Source of the DNA: Podarcis cretensis
Taxonomy: Eukaryota
Length of the DNA stretch: 64,000 nt
Direction of reading: 5' to 3'
NCBI GenBank assembly: GCA_951804945.1
Contig: OX638153.1
Coordinates: forward strand, 65,224,001 to 65,288,000
Part shown: positions 1 through 11,208 of the stretch, in pieces
How the letters are laid out: every line of letters starts with the position of its first letter
Numbering within the stretch: the first letter of the stretch is position 1
Program-made: the position numbers and the translations under genes
The notes under the pieces: model-generated
The model's input: only the letters and a program-made list of their open reading frames with translations
Database searches by the model: none
Told to the model about the DNA's origin: nothing

Positions 1-510
1 TTGGAATGAGACACCGTAGAGATTGTAGTATCTTTAAGAGATTTGGTTTATTTACACACATTTGCTTCTGAGTTTAGGTTGAGGGAGTGCAGAACATTAC
101 ACCCCAAGAGTATCTCTTTGTTGCTCCTTTCATAGCTTCAGCAAGCTTGGGTCCAGAACAGAAGGCAGCCATACTCCCTACTCTCTCAGAGCCCCCTTCT
201 TCCAGCCAACGAACATGGAGTTCTCCCCTCCTTCCTCTGTTTTAAAAGGACACATTTTTTCCTGTTTTGATATCACCCTGTTACTCTGGCAACCTCCCCG
301 CTCCCAGCTTACATCATTGGATAATGAAATGCTAAACCTCACCTTTGTCTCTGCTCATCATCCTCTCATGAGGAAGGGCTCACACTCCTCTGCTGCCCAG
401 CACAGGGTAACTGGGTTAATTGCCCATTTTCTTCCTTTGTACTACACGATGGTTCTTCTCTCTAAGCAATTCCAGGCCAAGAAACTGATTCAGCCTGCAT
501 TCCATTTACA
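1..510. mobile_element. LTR-like interspersed repeat, copy 1 (cut by window edge)
   Basis: ttggaatgag...tggtttatttacaca...cattacacccca is shared with the copies at 7077 and 14743; the right end is uncertain. Confidence 0.5.
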
Positions 511-805
511 TGGAAAAGGGAGCATGATTTATTTCTCCTGCTCTGGAGGATAGGACTCGAGGCAATGGCTTCAACTTACAAGAAAGGAGATTCCAACTAA
601 ACATTCGGAGAAACTTTCTCACAGTAAGAGCTGTTCGGCAGTGTAACAAACTACTACAAGAGGTGGTGGACTCTCGTTTCATGAGTTTTTTTAAGCAGAA
701 GCTGGATGGTCATCTGTAATGGATGCTTTAGCTGATATTCCTGCATTGCAGGGGGCTGGACTCAATGATTCTTGGGTCCCTTCCAACTCTAAGATTCTGT
801 GATTT
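511..805 (+). mobile_element. CR1 LINE 3' fragment
   Basis: Typical CR1 3' end: ggactcgaggcaatggcttcaacttacaagaaaggagattc...ggtcccttccaactctaagattctgtgatt. Confidence 0.85.
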
Positions 806-1229
806 GTACACTGCTAAGTTGCCTCGCCCCCAGGTGAAGACTTCAAGCATTTAGTAATTGTCTACATTTATTAACTCTAGAAATTATGAGGTAGGGGGAA
901 ACTGGTACGCAGGACTTTCAGGGGAATCTGCCCACTCCCCCAATTCATAAACAACATTATTATAGAAGATTTAACAGTTCATATAATATGCTTACTATAT
1001 TAACTATTACAATCAAGACATATATATATATAGTAAATAAATTAATAGATAGAGTATATATTTCAACAGTTGACCAACACTCTTAGTTTTACTGAAATCT
1101 CATGTTTCTCTGATTTGTTCCATCTACAAAGGAAAACAGGAAGTACCACCTTGAGGAAGTAAGTTGGTACCCTCTTGGGATACCAGTTGCCATCCCTACA
1201 AAAATCATGTTGTCAATAGATGTTAAGAG

Positions 1230-1650
1230 CAAGTATTCCATCAAGGGAAGCAATGTTGGGTCTAAGCAGGAAAGAAAGTGGATCCACTTCAATGAGGGGA
1301 TTAGCTGAAAGGAAGTCAAATGGGAGAGTCAGGAGCTTCAAATCTCTCTGGGATGCTTGGAGATTCTTCTCTGGGAAGCTCAGACAGAATGTATGCCACC
1401 ACAAATTAGGAAAGATACCGTCGAAGTGGATGCCAGCCCTGTTAACAAGCAGAATCAGGGAAGCTATAAAAGGAAAGACTTCCTTTAAAAAGTTGAGAGC
1501 AGAAAGTTGAGCAATTTGGTAGCAAATGAGAGCATTGCTAAAGGAAGACAGGGAAATTGCAGAAAAGCTTAATGAATTTTTTATATTGGCCTAGGGAACA
1601 AAATATGGAGTTCTAGAGCTATTTAAATTACAAATTAGCAAGTCACCCTG
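1230..1650 (+). mobile_element. Degenerate CR1 ORF2 internal fragment
   Basis: Broken translation REAIKGK-SFKK ... KEDREIAEKLNEFF resembles the CR1 ORF2 linker region. Confidence 0.5.
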
Positions 1651-1857
1651 TCCAGTTTTTCACAAAAGGCTGCCTAGTCTTCATAAGTGCAAAGTTGTTG
1701 CCTCAACTCCAAAAATTCAATTTTTGAATTGCCACATAGACTACTGACATCAGAAATGGAGTGTGTGGGCTTATCCACTCTTATATTTTGCCCTACACTT
1801 TCTAGAAATGGACCACACTTTACAGCTCTGTGTCCAAGTGTCCTTTCTTTTCTTTTC

Positions 1858-1997
1858 TTTGCTCCAGACGTTTTGCACGAAAACCTGCTCTTTAGAGCTC
1901 AACCCAAGCAAATGACAATCTGCTTAAAACCCCAATTGACATTTGCTCAGATTGAGCACTAAAGAGCAGGTTTTCACAGGTAAAGCTCTGGGGCAAG
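1858..1997. repeat. Palindromic MITE-like element
   Basis: Arms 1879-1919 and 1935-1975 are reverse complements at 36/41 positions; weaker symmetry extends outward. Confidence 0.7.
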
Positions 1998-2007
1998 CAG
2001 CAGCACC

Positions 2008-2039
<32 letters not shown>

Positions 2040-2047
2040 CAACAACA
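1997..2047. repeat. Compound (CAG)(CAC)(CAA) microsatellite
   Basis: Read directly from the sequence. Confidence 0.95.
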
Positions 2048-3254
2048 TTGAGTGAAGGAAAGGTAAGTGTGAATAAGCCCTATATGGCTATTGGACAAAA
2101 CAGTCTTATCTCCATAAAGGGAGCTGCTTTTATTGGTTTCATATTCTTTTATGATTTTGACCCTTTCTCGCAGAACCTCTTTTCTGCCAGCCATGAGGGC
2201 TACAGTCTCCTGTTTTAAAGGTAGTATATGTCCAAGTATCAGTTGCTGGTGGACCACAATGGGAGATGAGCAGATTGCTGAAATGCTCTCGCCTTTATGC
2301 CCTGCAGGAGTCTTCCAAGAAACACACAGAAATTATATATGTGAACAATTATTGCACCTGATTCTAGCACCAACTGTCACTTGAGGACCATAGGGTGGTA
2401 GCATTTAAGCCCAGGATGGCTTGCAATCAGTTTCATGGGTTTGCATTCATACACTGAATGAGGGCTGCAGAAGTTCAAAAACTATCTAGCTGTGTTGCAC
2501 TGTCCTCCAGCCCACAGGTGTTCCCATCCAAACCCCTGCCACCCCCAAGACGATGAGCCAAACATTGCTCAGCTGCCAGCTCGGACTGTGACAGGATGGA
2601 GGTCCGGGATATATTTAGAAAGAACTCTTATGCCAGCACACTCTCCCCATTACGGCAGCCGGCTAAACTAGGTCGCTCATAATTGCTATACCATACTGCC
2701 AGTGCTTCTATTTGCTGGACTGGGAGCTGGTAAAAATTGTTGACATTTCCACCTTTCCATGTTCTCTGCCTGCAGTTGCAATGAAACTGAATGGCAAAGC
2801 ACACAGGTTGCTGCAGAAAAAGTGAATTGCTTGAGAAACTGAATGGGTGTTTTTGACGGGCAAATGCTATTACTGCCGCTGCTGTTAATACGATATTTTA
2901 GAACCCAGGTTGCTTCTGAAAATAATTGGGATTGCTCATTTTATCTGAAACAAGTACCCCAGGATGTGATATCAAAAACTTTCATTCACCAAAAGCATCC
3001 CTATTGTTGTTTTATTTTTTGCTGCTTTTAAATAATTGACCCCCCCCCCTCCCCGCAGTCTCGTTTTAAGTTTCCACATTGGGTTTGGCAATCCAGCAGA
3101 AGTCCTTTTAGGGGGTATGCAGGCTTCACAAAGCAAATTCTCCGAGAGCAACAGTGGTGTTAGTGGGATTTACATGTGAGCAAGGGCTTAATGCTGAAAG
3201 GGCAGCCAGAAGGGAGGGGGTTCGAAAAGAACATGTTCTGAAACTAGACCCCTA

Positions 3255-3308
3255 TCTCTATCTCTCCCTCTCTCCCTCCCTCCCTCCCTCCCTCCCTCCC
3301 TCTCTCTC
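3255..3308. repeat. (CT)/(CCCT)n pyrimidine tract upstream of the KY start
   Basis: Read directly from the sequence. Confidence 0.9.
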
Positions 3309-3593
3309 CAAAATGTGTCTCCTTCCTCAGGTTTAGGAAATGGATCCCTGCTGGGATTTCCTTTCAAAGGTGACTTGTAACCTACTCATTAGGGTAGATT
3401 TCTGCCGGGTACCCACAAACAGTGCCTTTGGCAGGGTCAGCCAAAAGTCGTGCGTGTGTTTTGCGTGCATGTCTGTACGGGTGTGCAATTTGGGTGAGGG
3501 GTAGAAAATACCCAGGGCACTTGGCGGCTGTAGCAGCAGTAGCATTAGGACTTCTAAGAGGAAGGCAGGAGAGGCAATGCTCTGATGGGGACT

Positions 3594-3726
3594 ATGGAGT
3601 TTCAGAAAGACCCCAGTGCAGTAGCCCTAGAAATGCTCTTGATAGTCCAGCCCGAGAAGAGGAAGATGGTGCAGAGGCTGCAGATGGACAGACAGACGGA
3701 GAGCCATGCTTCTCATCAAAGCGAAG
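3594..3726 (+). CDS. KY: KY coding exon 1 (in-frame upstream ATG at 3585 possible)
   Basis: MEFQKDPSAVALEMLLIVQPEKRK resembles the human KY N-terminus MELKKDINAVSIDMLLIVHSEKRR (recalled). Strong Kozak actATGg; donor G|GTAAAG at 3727, phase 1. Confidence 0.9.
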
Positions 3727-4008
3727 GTAAAGAAATCTGTGTTGGCTGGTTAGCTTGCAAGGATGGGAAGTGCAAACAAACTCGGTGACAAGGGTTTAAC
3801 TTTGCAGGATGAAAGTGGTAGGAGGGGGGAATAAAGGGAAGGAGGGAGCTATTTTTGCACATGCACTCCCACAAACAAGTTTTAACAAAACATAGGTATT
3901 CCCTTTGTCTGAGCTGCTTTTGCAAACTTTCAGCTTAGCTCCCTCCTACCAACCTTCCTGTGAAAATTGTTGTGAACCACCCTGTGAACTTTGGATGGTG
4001 GATGAGAT

Positions 4009-4038
4009 AACAACAACAACAACAACAACAACAACAAC
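4009..4038. repeat. (AAC)n microsatellite
   Basis: Read directly from the sequence. Confidence 0.95.
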
Positions 4039-4686
4039 GGGAAACACTGTTCCTGTTGCATCTCCATCTGGGAAGAAACCTCTGCAGCAGCACATAGGGC
4101 ATAAACACAGCATTGTGCATAGTTACTGTGAAGGCAATGTCTTCACACTGTCCCTTCTCAATGTGAGAAGTTTTACAGTGTGAGAAACCTCCAAAGTTGT
4201 CATTCAGAAAATGTTCCCCGTCTGCAGACAGAACCAGTGACAGGGGCTGCTGAAACAGACAGTGATTCTGTAAATCAATCTCCTGTCTGTTGCCATCATA
4301 AACAAAGAGAACAAATGCTTGCAGTGTGTGTCTGTGTGTGCTAGCATGCATGAGTGTAATACAAGGAACTTTAGTATATAGCTTGATGCACCTTTTGCAG
4401 GGGACGTAATTGTAATGGTGACCTAAGTACTCTCCTTTCACAGTACAGAAACCAGTGAAATGGGTGACCTCAGAAAAATAATAGCAGCAGCTGTAGTAAT
4501 AAAATATGATAATAATAGGATATTGCAACTGGGAAGAACAGGCATTTCCAGTTGCTAGGGTATGAGGGGAATTCATTTGTTACTCAGTGTATATCATTCT
4601 CCCCACAATATTTCTTCCCTCACCACAACACTGTGAGGTAGATTAGGCTAAGAGTGAGACTGGTCCAAGATCACCCATTGATAATA

Positions 4687-4941
4687 CAGTGGTACCTCGG
4701 GATGCGAACAGGATCCATTCCTGAGCCCCGTTCACATCCCAAACAGAACATAAGACACGATAGCACGTCTGTGCGTGCTTGGGTCACATTTCACCACTTC
4801 CGCGCATGCGCATGACATCATTTTGACTGCACATGTGCAAGCAGTGAAACCCGGAAGTAAAGCACTCTGTTACTTCTGGGTCGCCGCGGAGCGCAACCCG
4901 AAGCGCTCAACCTGAAGCGCATTTATCCCAAGGTATGTCTG
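4687..4941. mobile_element. Tc1/mariner (Tigger-like) MITE
   Basis: TA|cagtggtacctcgg ... ccaaggtatgtctg|TA; degenerate TIR with TA TSD. Confidence 0.75.
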
Positions 4942-5639
4942 TATACATCACACATATTTAATGCTGAAATGTGCTGTATAGCATTCAACACTCTAATACG
5001 GTAAATCAATGTTATTGTCCCTTTATTACAAATGGAGAGTGAGTGAATAGTGGCTTGCTTAAGGCCACTTTGTGAGTTCATGACTGAGGTAAAAATTGGT
5101 AAAATTTGAACCACCATCTTACCCACTACTACTAATTTTGTCCCCTTTCTCCAAGAAACTCAGAAGCGACATACAACACTAGAATTTTGCACAACTTCAG
5201 CCACACTGAGGCAGCCCAGTTGCTAGGGAAGCGAAAGTGCCTACATACTGTACACATAGGTACAATGCCTACATACCGTATACTGTAAACATGAGTACAA
5301 TGCACAACATTCCCAGAACATCCTAGACTGCCACAACAAAGAGCAGCCTATTGGGAAATGAAATGCTCAAGATTTTAATGGTGATGCATCACTGTGGAAT
5401 TATTAGGAGAGAACAGAATTGTTGTGAAGGCTGTGGCCCTTGTGCCTGCTCAATCTGCTGTCCAAGTGATGGACAATGTCAGGGCCTCTACTCTCCCTCC
5501 TTGGGGTTCTTTACCTTTCAGCTGGACTTAAGCCAGGCAGCCTTTCAAACACATTGTCATTCTAATAGTAGCTCTGGGGAAGGGAGTTGTATGTGACTGA
5601 TTCCTAAAATTCCACCTTGACCACTGAGAACTTCACAGA

Positions 5640-5975
5640 GATGGGGCACTTCTCTTGATTGCCCACATCCCTGAAGTTCATTTGGCCTTCACCAAGCACC
5701 AAGCCTATCTTGTGGCAGAGCCTGCCCTGTGGCCCTCCCCACTAATAAAGGTTCAGCAGGAATCATGCCTCCCTTTTTTGAGACGTCTTTTGAAAATTAT
5801 ATTGTTTGTTCAGGCCTTTACAATAGGAAGTTTCTTTTCTGACCCATCAGTATTCATTGATATTTTTGTTGATGTTTTTATACTGTTATTATGGATACTT
5901 TTGTTGATTTGATTCTCCTATGTTGCACACTCTCTTGCTATTTTTTATGAAAGTGTGGATTATAAATTATCAAGT
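5640..5975 (+). mobile_element. L2-type LINE 3' relic
   Basis: Degenerate L2 3' pattern (...gtggcagagcctgccctgtgg...ttgtttgttcaggccttt, then a T-rich tail). Confidence 0.5.
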
Positions 5976-7076
5976 AGATAGGGGGGGGTAGAAATATTAG
6001 GTTCCCTGTCCCCACCCCCTTCTCCCTGCCAAAATAGGGGAGACCTGCAAGTGTTTTTAGGGGGGGGAGAGCAAGATTATTTTGGGAGCTCCATGTCTAG
6101 CTGGAATGAGTAGAGGGCTTGAGGAGAGAAGCTCAAGTAGGGTAAGCAGAGGATGCAAGGAAGATTCAGCTTCTCCCACCCTACCCAGCCACCTCTCTTG
6201 CTCATTAAATTGTATTTGTTAACTCCTGCTTTCTTTGTCAGTGGAGCAGATGTAGGAGTTGTGTTAAAGAAAAACAATGACATGTTAAAGCAAATGCAAA
6301 TTCTGTGCTAGATTGTTGCCATTATTTGTTTATTTTTTATTGGTCTTTCAATAATATACATATGGTATAAAGTCACAAAATAGAAATTGAATATAAAAAG
6401 AAATACTAAAACAACACACATACACTCCACTCCAATAGGTAGGCAAGTCATCGTTTTTATTCTTAGGTACAGTTAATGTTGCATTCATTTTGTGTTGTTC
6501 CTGCAGAGTGCAATGTCAGAATAATGTCGCTATTTTCAGTGGCCAGAAGAGATTGAGATATCCAAGGACAAAGTTCAGAGCAGAAATATAAATGTAACAT
6601 CCCAATTTGTGCTGATGCATTAGGTGTTTACGTGTTTCATAAACCTGATGTGTTGTGGCCATTATTTATAACGAAAACTGTCTGTCTGCAATATCAAGCC
6701 ATTCCAAATTCCCTTAGGCAGGCTGTTCACTCATCACTCCGCCATGGTGCCCTGGTCAGCTGCAGCGAGGTGGATCAGTCAAAGCACTCAGGGTTGTATG
6801 TTTGTTTCCAAACAAGGAAGAGTAGCAGGGATATGGTCACGAAACAAACACAGGAGATTCTGGCCTTGAGAATGAGCCAACACATTTCAGAAGTTACCCT
6901 GGGGAGGTTTGGAGAGAGATGGGAGTGTTTTTGTTCTAGCCAGCCCATTTGTTCATTCCTTCCTTTGGGAAAATGCTGTACATTTAATTTAAACTAACAG
7001 CTGCATACACACACCCTAGCATAGAAAGAGTTTGAAAAGGAATATATTGTTGCACAACATCCCAATCTCTGAGCAG

Positions 7077-7558
7077 TGTAAGATTCCAGGGCTTCAAATC
7101 GCCTACCTACGGTTTAGTTTCCTTGGAATGAGGGGCAGGGAATATTGTGGTGTCTGTTTGCCATATGGTTTATTTACACATATACGCAGACTGAGTCTAC
7201 AATGAAAGGGCTCATGGCATTAACACCCCAGAAGGACTTGCATCTCCCATAGCCACAACCCTTGACATGACTATCATTCTCAGGCATCTACTTGCTTGTA
7301 GCCCAGTCCACTCTCTCCACTCTGGCCTTTGACCTTCTCACTACCAGCCACTACCAGCCAATTTGCTCTCGTGCTCAGAGCAGGTTCCTTTCTTATACTA
7401 AAGACTCATACCTAGGGCCATTACCAAGAAGCTAGCCTGGCTATTCCAACAACTGAATCCTCCATGAGATTTTAACCCTTGCTGGATCCAGGAATTAGAA
7501 GGGACTCGGGCATCCAGCCTAATTTTGCATGCGTGCACACACCAAAAAACCCCACACA
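7077..7558. mobile_element. LTR-like interspersed repeat, copy 2
   Basis: TG...CA ends, a minus-strand AATAAA, and colinear similarity to 14743-15314; no TSD found. Confidence 0.6.
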
Positions 7559-7793
7559 GTTCTAGGCAAAATCTCCAAGCGCTCCAAAGCATTGACTTCT
7601 CTTTTGTCACCAGTTCTGCAAGACAGGCTGTGTCATGATCCTGTGATCACACCTTTATGGTGCCAGGGGCAGGCTTTCAATTCTTAGTGAAACCTCAGAG
7701 ATCAAAGGGAGAGGTGAGCAGGACTTCAGTGCCTCCAGCTTCTCAGAATTAGCAGGAGGACAATAAGACTGTAACTCTGTACCCAGCTACCTG

Positions 7794-7841
7794 GGAATAA
7801 ATCCCATGGAAGCCAGTGGAATAAATCCCATGGAAGCCAGT
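7794..7841. repeat. Perfect 24-bp tandem duplication
   Basis: ggaataaatcccatggaagccagt x2. Confidence 0.95.
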
Positions 7842-8592
7842 GGGACTTAACTTCAGAGGAGACATATAGAAGATTGCATTGTAAAAGATGAAAAATAAGC
7901 ATACATACGCACATTTCTTTAATTTATAAAGGGAAACCATTCTAATTTCCTTAGCTCAGCCTTTTTAAAAACAACAACTCAGCTGAGAATTTGTCTTTGA
8001 CTTCATCCAGCTATTCATACCTTTGGAAGAACAGTGAGTTTCTGCAGGTATGGCTTAAGAGCAGCCCTAGTAGTAGATCATATACACAAAGGCTACTAGT
8101 GCTCTGTTATTGTAGCTGTCCATGATTAAATACTCTTCTAGGGGATGGTGAATTCATTATGCTAGCCTAGTGGCTTTTAGACTTGGGTTTCTAAGCAGTT
8201 TGGTTAGTTTGCTAGTTGGACGAATCCAAAATGTTATGAGCAATATCTGATGTTAATCACGCTCAAAGTAGACCCATTGACTTGGGTAACTTAACTCCAT
8301 TGACTGAAACTCCTTACGTATTGACATCAGTAGGCGCCTTTGCTGTATTCATTTCAGTGCCTTCTTTAAAACATTTTTGTTTTCCAGGTATGGAAATGTT
8401 GGCATGTTTTAATCGATTTTTAGTTCACTGCTTATTTTAATTGGGGTTTTTTAAGTTATTAATTGTTCTTAACTTCTTTATTGATAATTTAAATATTTCT
8501 TGTAAGCCACTTAAAGGTTTTGTTACAATCCAACAGTACATATTTTTTGTTAAATAAATAAATAATGCAGTTTACTGGTTGTTGTTTTTTAG

Positions 8593-8643
8593 GCTTTCGA
8601 GGGGATGGCAATGGAAACAACAAACTAGGAAATGAGCTTCATG
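8593..8643 (+). CDS. KY: KY coding exon 2
   Basis: ttttttAG acceptor and GTATGT donor; 51 nt, phase 1-1. GFRGDGNGNNKLGNELH resembles human GFQGVGNG...KLEGNDFH. Confidence 0.85.
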
Positions 8644-9084
8644 GTATGTCATTTTCGCTCACCCTTTGAGTTTCCATGTGAGAAATTCAGTCCAGATCCG
8701 TGTATTCTAATACCCATTAAAGGCAGCCATACCATGTTGAGAGAGGCTGGGGGGGTGGTCTTTTGGAGGTTTAATCATTAGCTCGGTATATTTTGCTCCC
8801 TGAAATATAAGGTCCAAATGCTGTCACCACTCACAGAGGCTGCTCAGATATTGTAAACAACTGGAAATCTGCTGTCATTAAAAATCTGTCCTCACTCAGC
8901 CTAATAGTAGAGCCGGTCATGATCCCCATAGCAACATGGCGGCATTTGCAGAGCTAGCGATTTCTGTGCTGAAGGCAGTCTGGGGGAGAGAGCTTCCAAA
9001 GTCCCGAATTACAGAAATGGCCAAGTACAGATATTAGCAACCTGAATTAAGAAACCCAAATATTAGGCCGTGTGCATAACTCTT

Positions 9085-9219
9085 CAGTATTTTCCAAACT
9101 TGGTTCTCCAGCTGTTTTTGGACTACGACTCCCATCCTCCCTAGCTAGCAAGACCAGTAGTCAGGGATGATGGGAACTGAAGTTAAAAAGCAGCTGGAGA
9201 CCAAATTTGGGAAACATTG
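9085..9219. mobile_element. Palindromic hAT-type MITE
   Basis: cagtattttccaaacttgg...ccaaatttgggaaacattg, internally self-complementary; same family as 63562-63699. Confidence 0.8.
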
Positions 9220-10013
9220 TGAGATAATTCCATTTTGCTAATCTCAAATCACAGTACAAGAGGCAGAGTCATTCTGCTCCTTGTTCTATAAAAGCTGCCC
9301 CAGAGCAGGAGTCCTAGCAAAGGAACTACCAAGAATCTGGGCATGAAATTTTCAGATCAGAGGGAAATAGGCTCTTTAGCTTTACAACCGGATCTAACAA
9401 GACTTTACAGCGGCTTCCACCAGCTCATAGGTATTCACTGAAGATCTCCAGTTGTATTGCCAGAAATCTTCATGCACCAAGCATGGAGGTGTCAACAAAT
9501 CAATTTCAGGCAGTGTAGCGAGATTACTGTACTTACGAAGTCTGACACCGTGAAGCAGCCGGTGCTCCTACAGTATTTCTGAATGCTATGATGCAATTGC
9601 AGATTGAGCCATATTAAAACAAACACATGGGCCGTCATCACACACATTGCAGCGATATCTCATCATCTTTCATGGGTCTGAGCCATGCCAGCCATAAGAT
9701 ACGTGGTACCCAGAATGGCAAACACATTGCTGAAATGCTCCAGCTTCTCTCTGGGGACTGCCAATATACTGATCTTTGAAAGAAAAGGGATGCGACTCAG
9801 TGTGTCCATTGATGTAGACTGGTCTATCTTCCATGCTTGGAGGGGGGAAGGGGACTAGTATTTTAAATCAAAATTATATAAAACCATGGACCTGTTAAAA
9901 TATGAGTGTGTGTGTTCTGTGAATGCACAGAGTGGGGATTGAATCCATTATCCTTGCTGCCAAGTTGCATTGATCAAAAGTCGGAGCAGAGTCTACATAT
10001 AGACAATTGCACA

Positions 10014-10110
10014 AATCATAGGATTATAGAGTTGGGTGGTACATCAAAGGTCATCTAGTCCAACCCCTTGCAATGCAGGAATCTCAACTAAAGCATCCAT
10101 GACAGATGGC
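10014..10110 (-). mobile_element. CR1 LINE 3' stub
   Basis: aatcataggattatagagttgg...ggtcatctagtccaaccccttgcaatgcagg is the reverse complement of a CR1 tail (compare 700-805). Confidence 0.8.
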
Positions 10111-10423
10111 AAAGGCTACCTTTCACAGTTATCTTACTTGTACCATGTACATGTGTTGGCTCGACTCAGACCATGGGTTGGACATAAGGAGGTGATGTTC
10201 AATTTCAGTTGGAGAAGAACAAGCAACTGGTGTTTGGGAGGGGAAATGGAATGACCTGTCCTGGAGGAGGGTATGGTTGGCTGGCTGGGACTTTTAACAG
10301 GAACACCCTGCTAATAATGATACTCTTCAATCTTTTGCCCCTAGTCCAACTTGCATTTTCTCTGCATTTGCATGGACTTATCACTTTGCCCCTGTTTCAT
10401 AGGTTGTTTTCTTGTCACTAAAG

Positions 10424-10489
10424 CTTTCCTTCCATCACCAGGCCGTGCAGCTCAGATGCAGCAAGTCATTACTTCCTGCTCTGCCCAAG
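10424..10489 (+). CDS. KY: KY coding exon 3 (acceptor ambiguous: 10403, 10424 or 10442)
   Basis: ...MQQVITSCSAQ resembles human PQVITSYNSQ. Donor GTATGT at 10490; all three acceptors keep the frame. Confidence 0.75.
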
Positions 10490-11013
10490 GTATGTGATAA
10501 ACCAATGAACTGTCTGATAGTGCCCTTTGCTACAAGTTACTGGGAGTAAGCTTTTACCTTAGAATATCGTAAAATAGTAGAGCATTTAGAGATGTTTGAA
10601 CAGAGCAAAAAATGGCAAACTATTTTGGAAAATCACCATGACCAGATGTTACAAAATTACAGAGGTTGAAAGAAGAAGAAAAAAACTCAATAAAATTAAC
10701 CTCTGAAAGCAGGATTAAGATGAGGGAAGGCCTACTTAAAAAAAAAAAAATCCTGCATGCCTGATCAGTCTAAATATGCCTGAGGGAGGCAAAATGTAGT
10801 TGCTAAAGGAGTATGTAATGCAATCTCAAAAGCATTTTAAACTACTTTTTTCCTGATGATTTCTCATTATAACAATAAATACTTAAAGATCCAAAATTAT
10901 AGAACTTCTATTCATTTTTTTAAAAGTTTGCATTATAAAATGAAGAAAAAACAGACATATTTCAATAATCTAGCATTCTGTCTTCATAAGTAGTCTGTCA
11001 GATGCCCCTAGGA

Positions 11014-11208
11014 TAGGGCTGCCATATGTCTGGATTTTCCTGGACATTACCAGGATTTCAAAAGCGGAATTGATGTCAGAAGGGCAGTGTTTTGTCCTGG
11101 ATCTTAGGCAAGTCAAAAAATCATGTTTTGGGGTGTTTTTGTAAAACAAAACAAAAAACAACAACTCAACTTTCAGGGTGTCCTGGTTTTTGCTTTGTGA
11201 CAACCCTA
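11014..11208. mobile_element. hAT (Blackjack/Tip100-like) MITE
   Basis: TIRs tagggctgcca / tgacaacccta; 8-bp TSD ccctagga / cccttgga. Confidence 0.8.

Noticed and set aside
1892-2257. ORFs with poly-C/W/P/T tracts
   Set aside because: Translations of the compound microsatellite.
3935-4576. 213-aa - strand ORF with a poly-Cys run
   Set aside because: The poly-Cys comes from the (AAC)n microsatellite; intronic, with no recognisable homology.
7794-7841. Direct repeats (also 39377-39424 and 28921-28965) as CRISPR-like arrays
   Set aside because: Adjacent tandem duplications without spacers in eukaryotic DNA; no cas genes.
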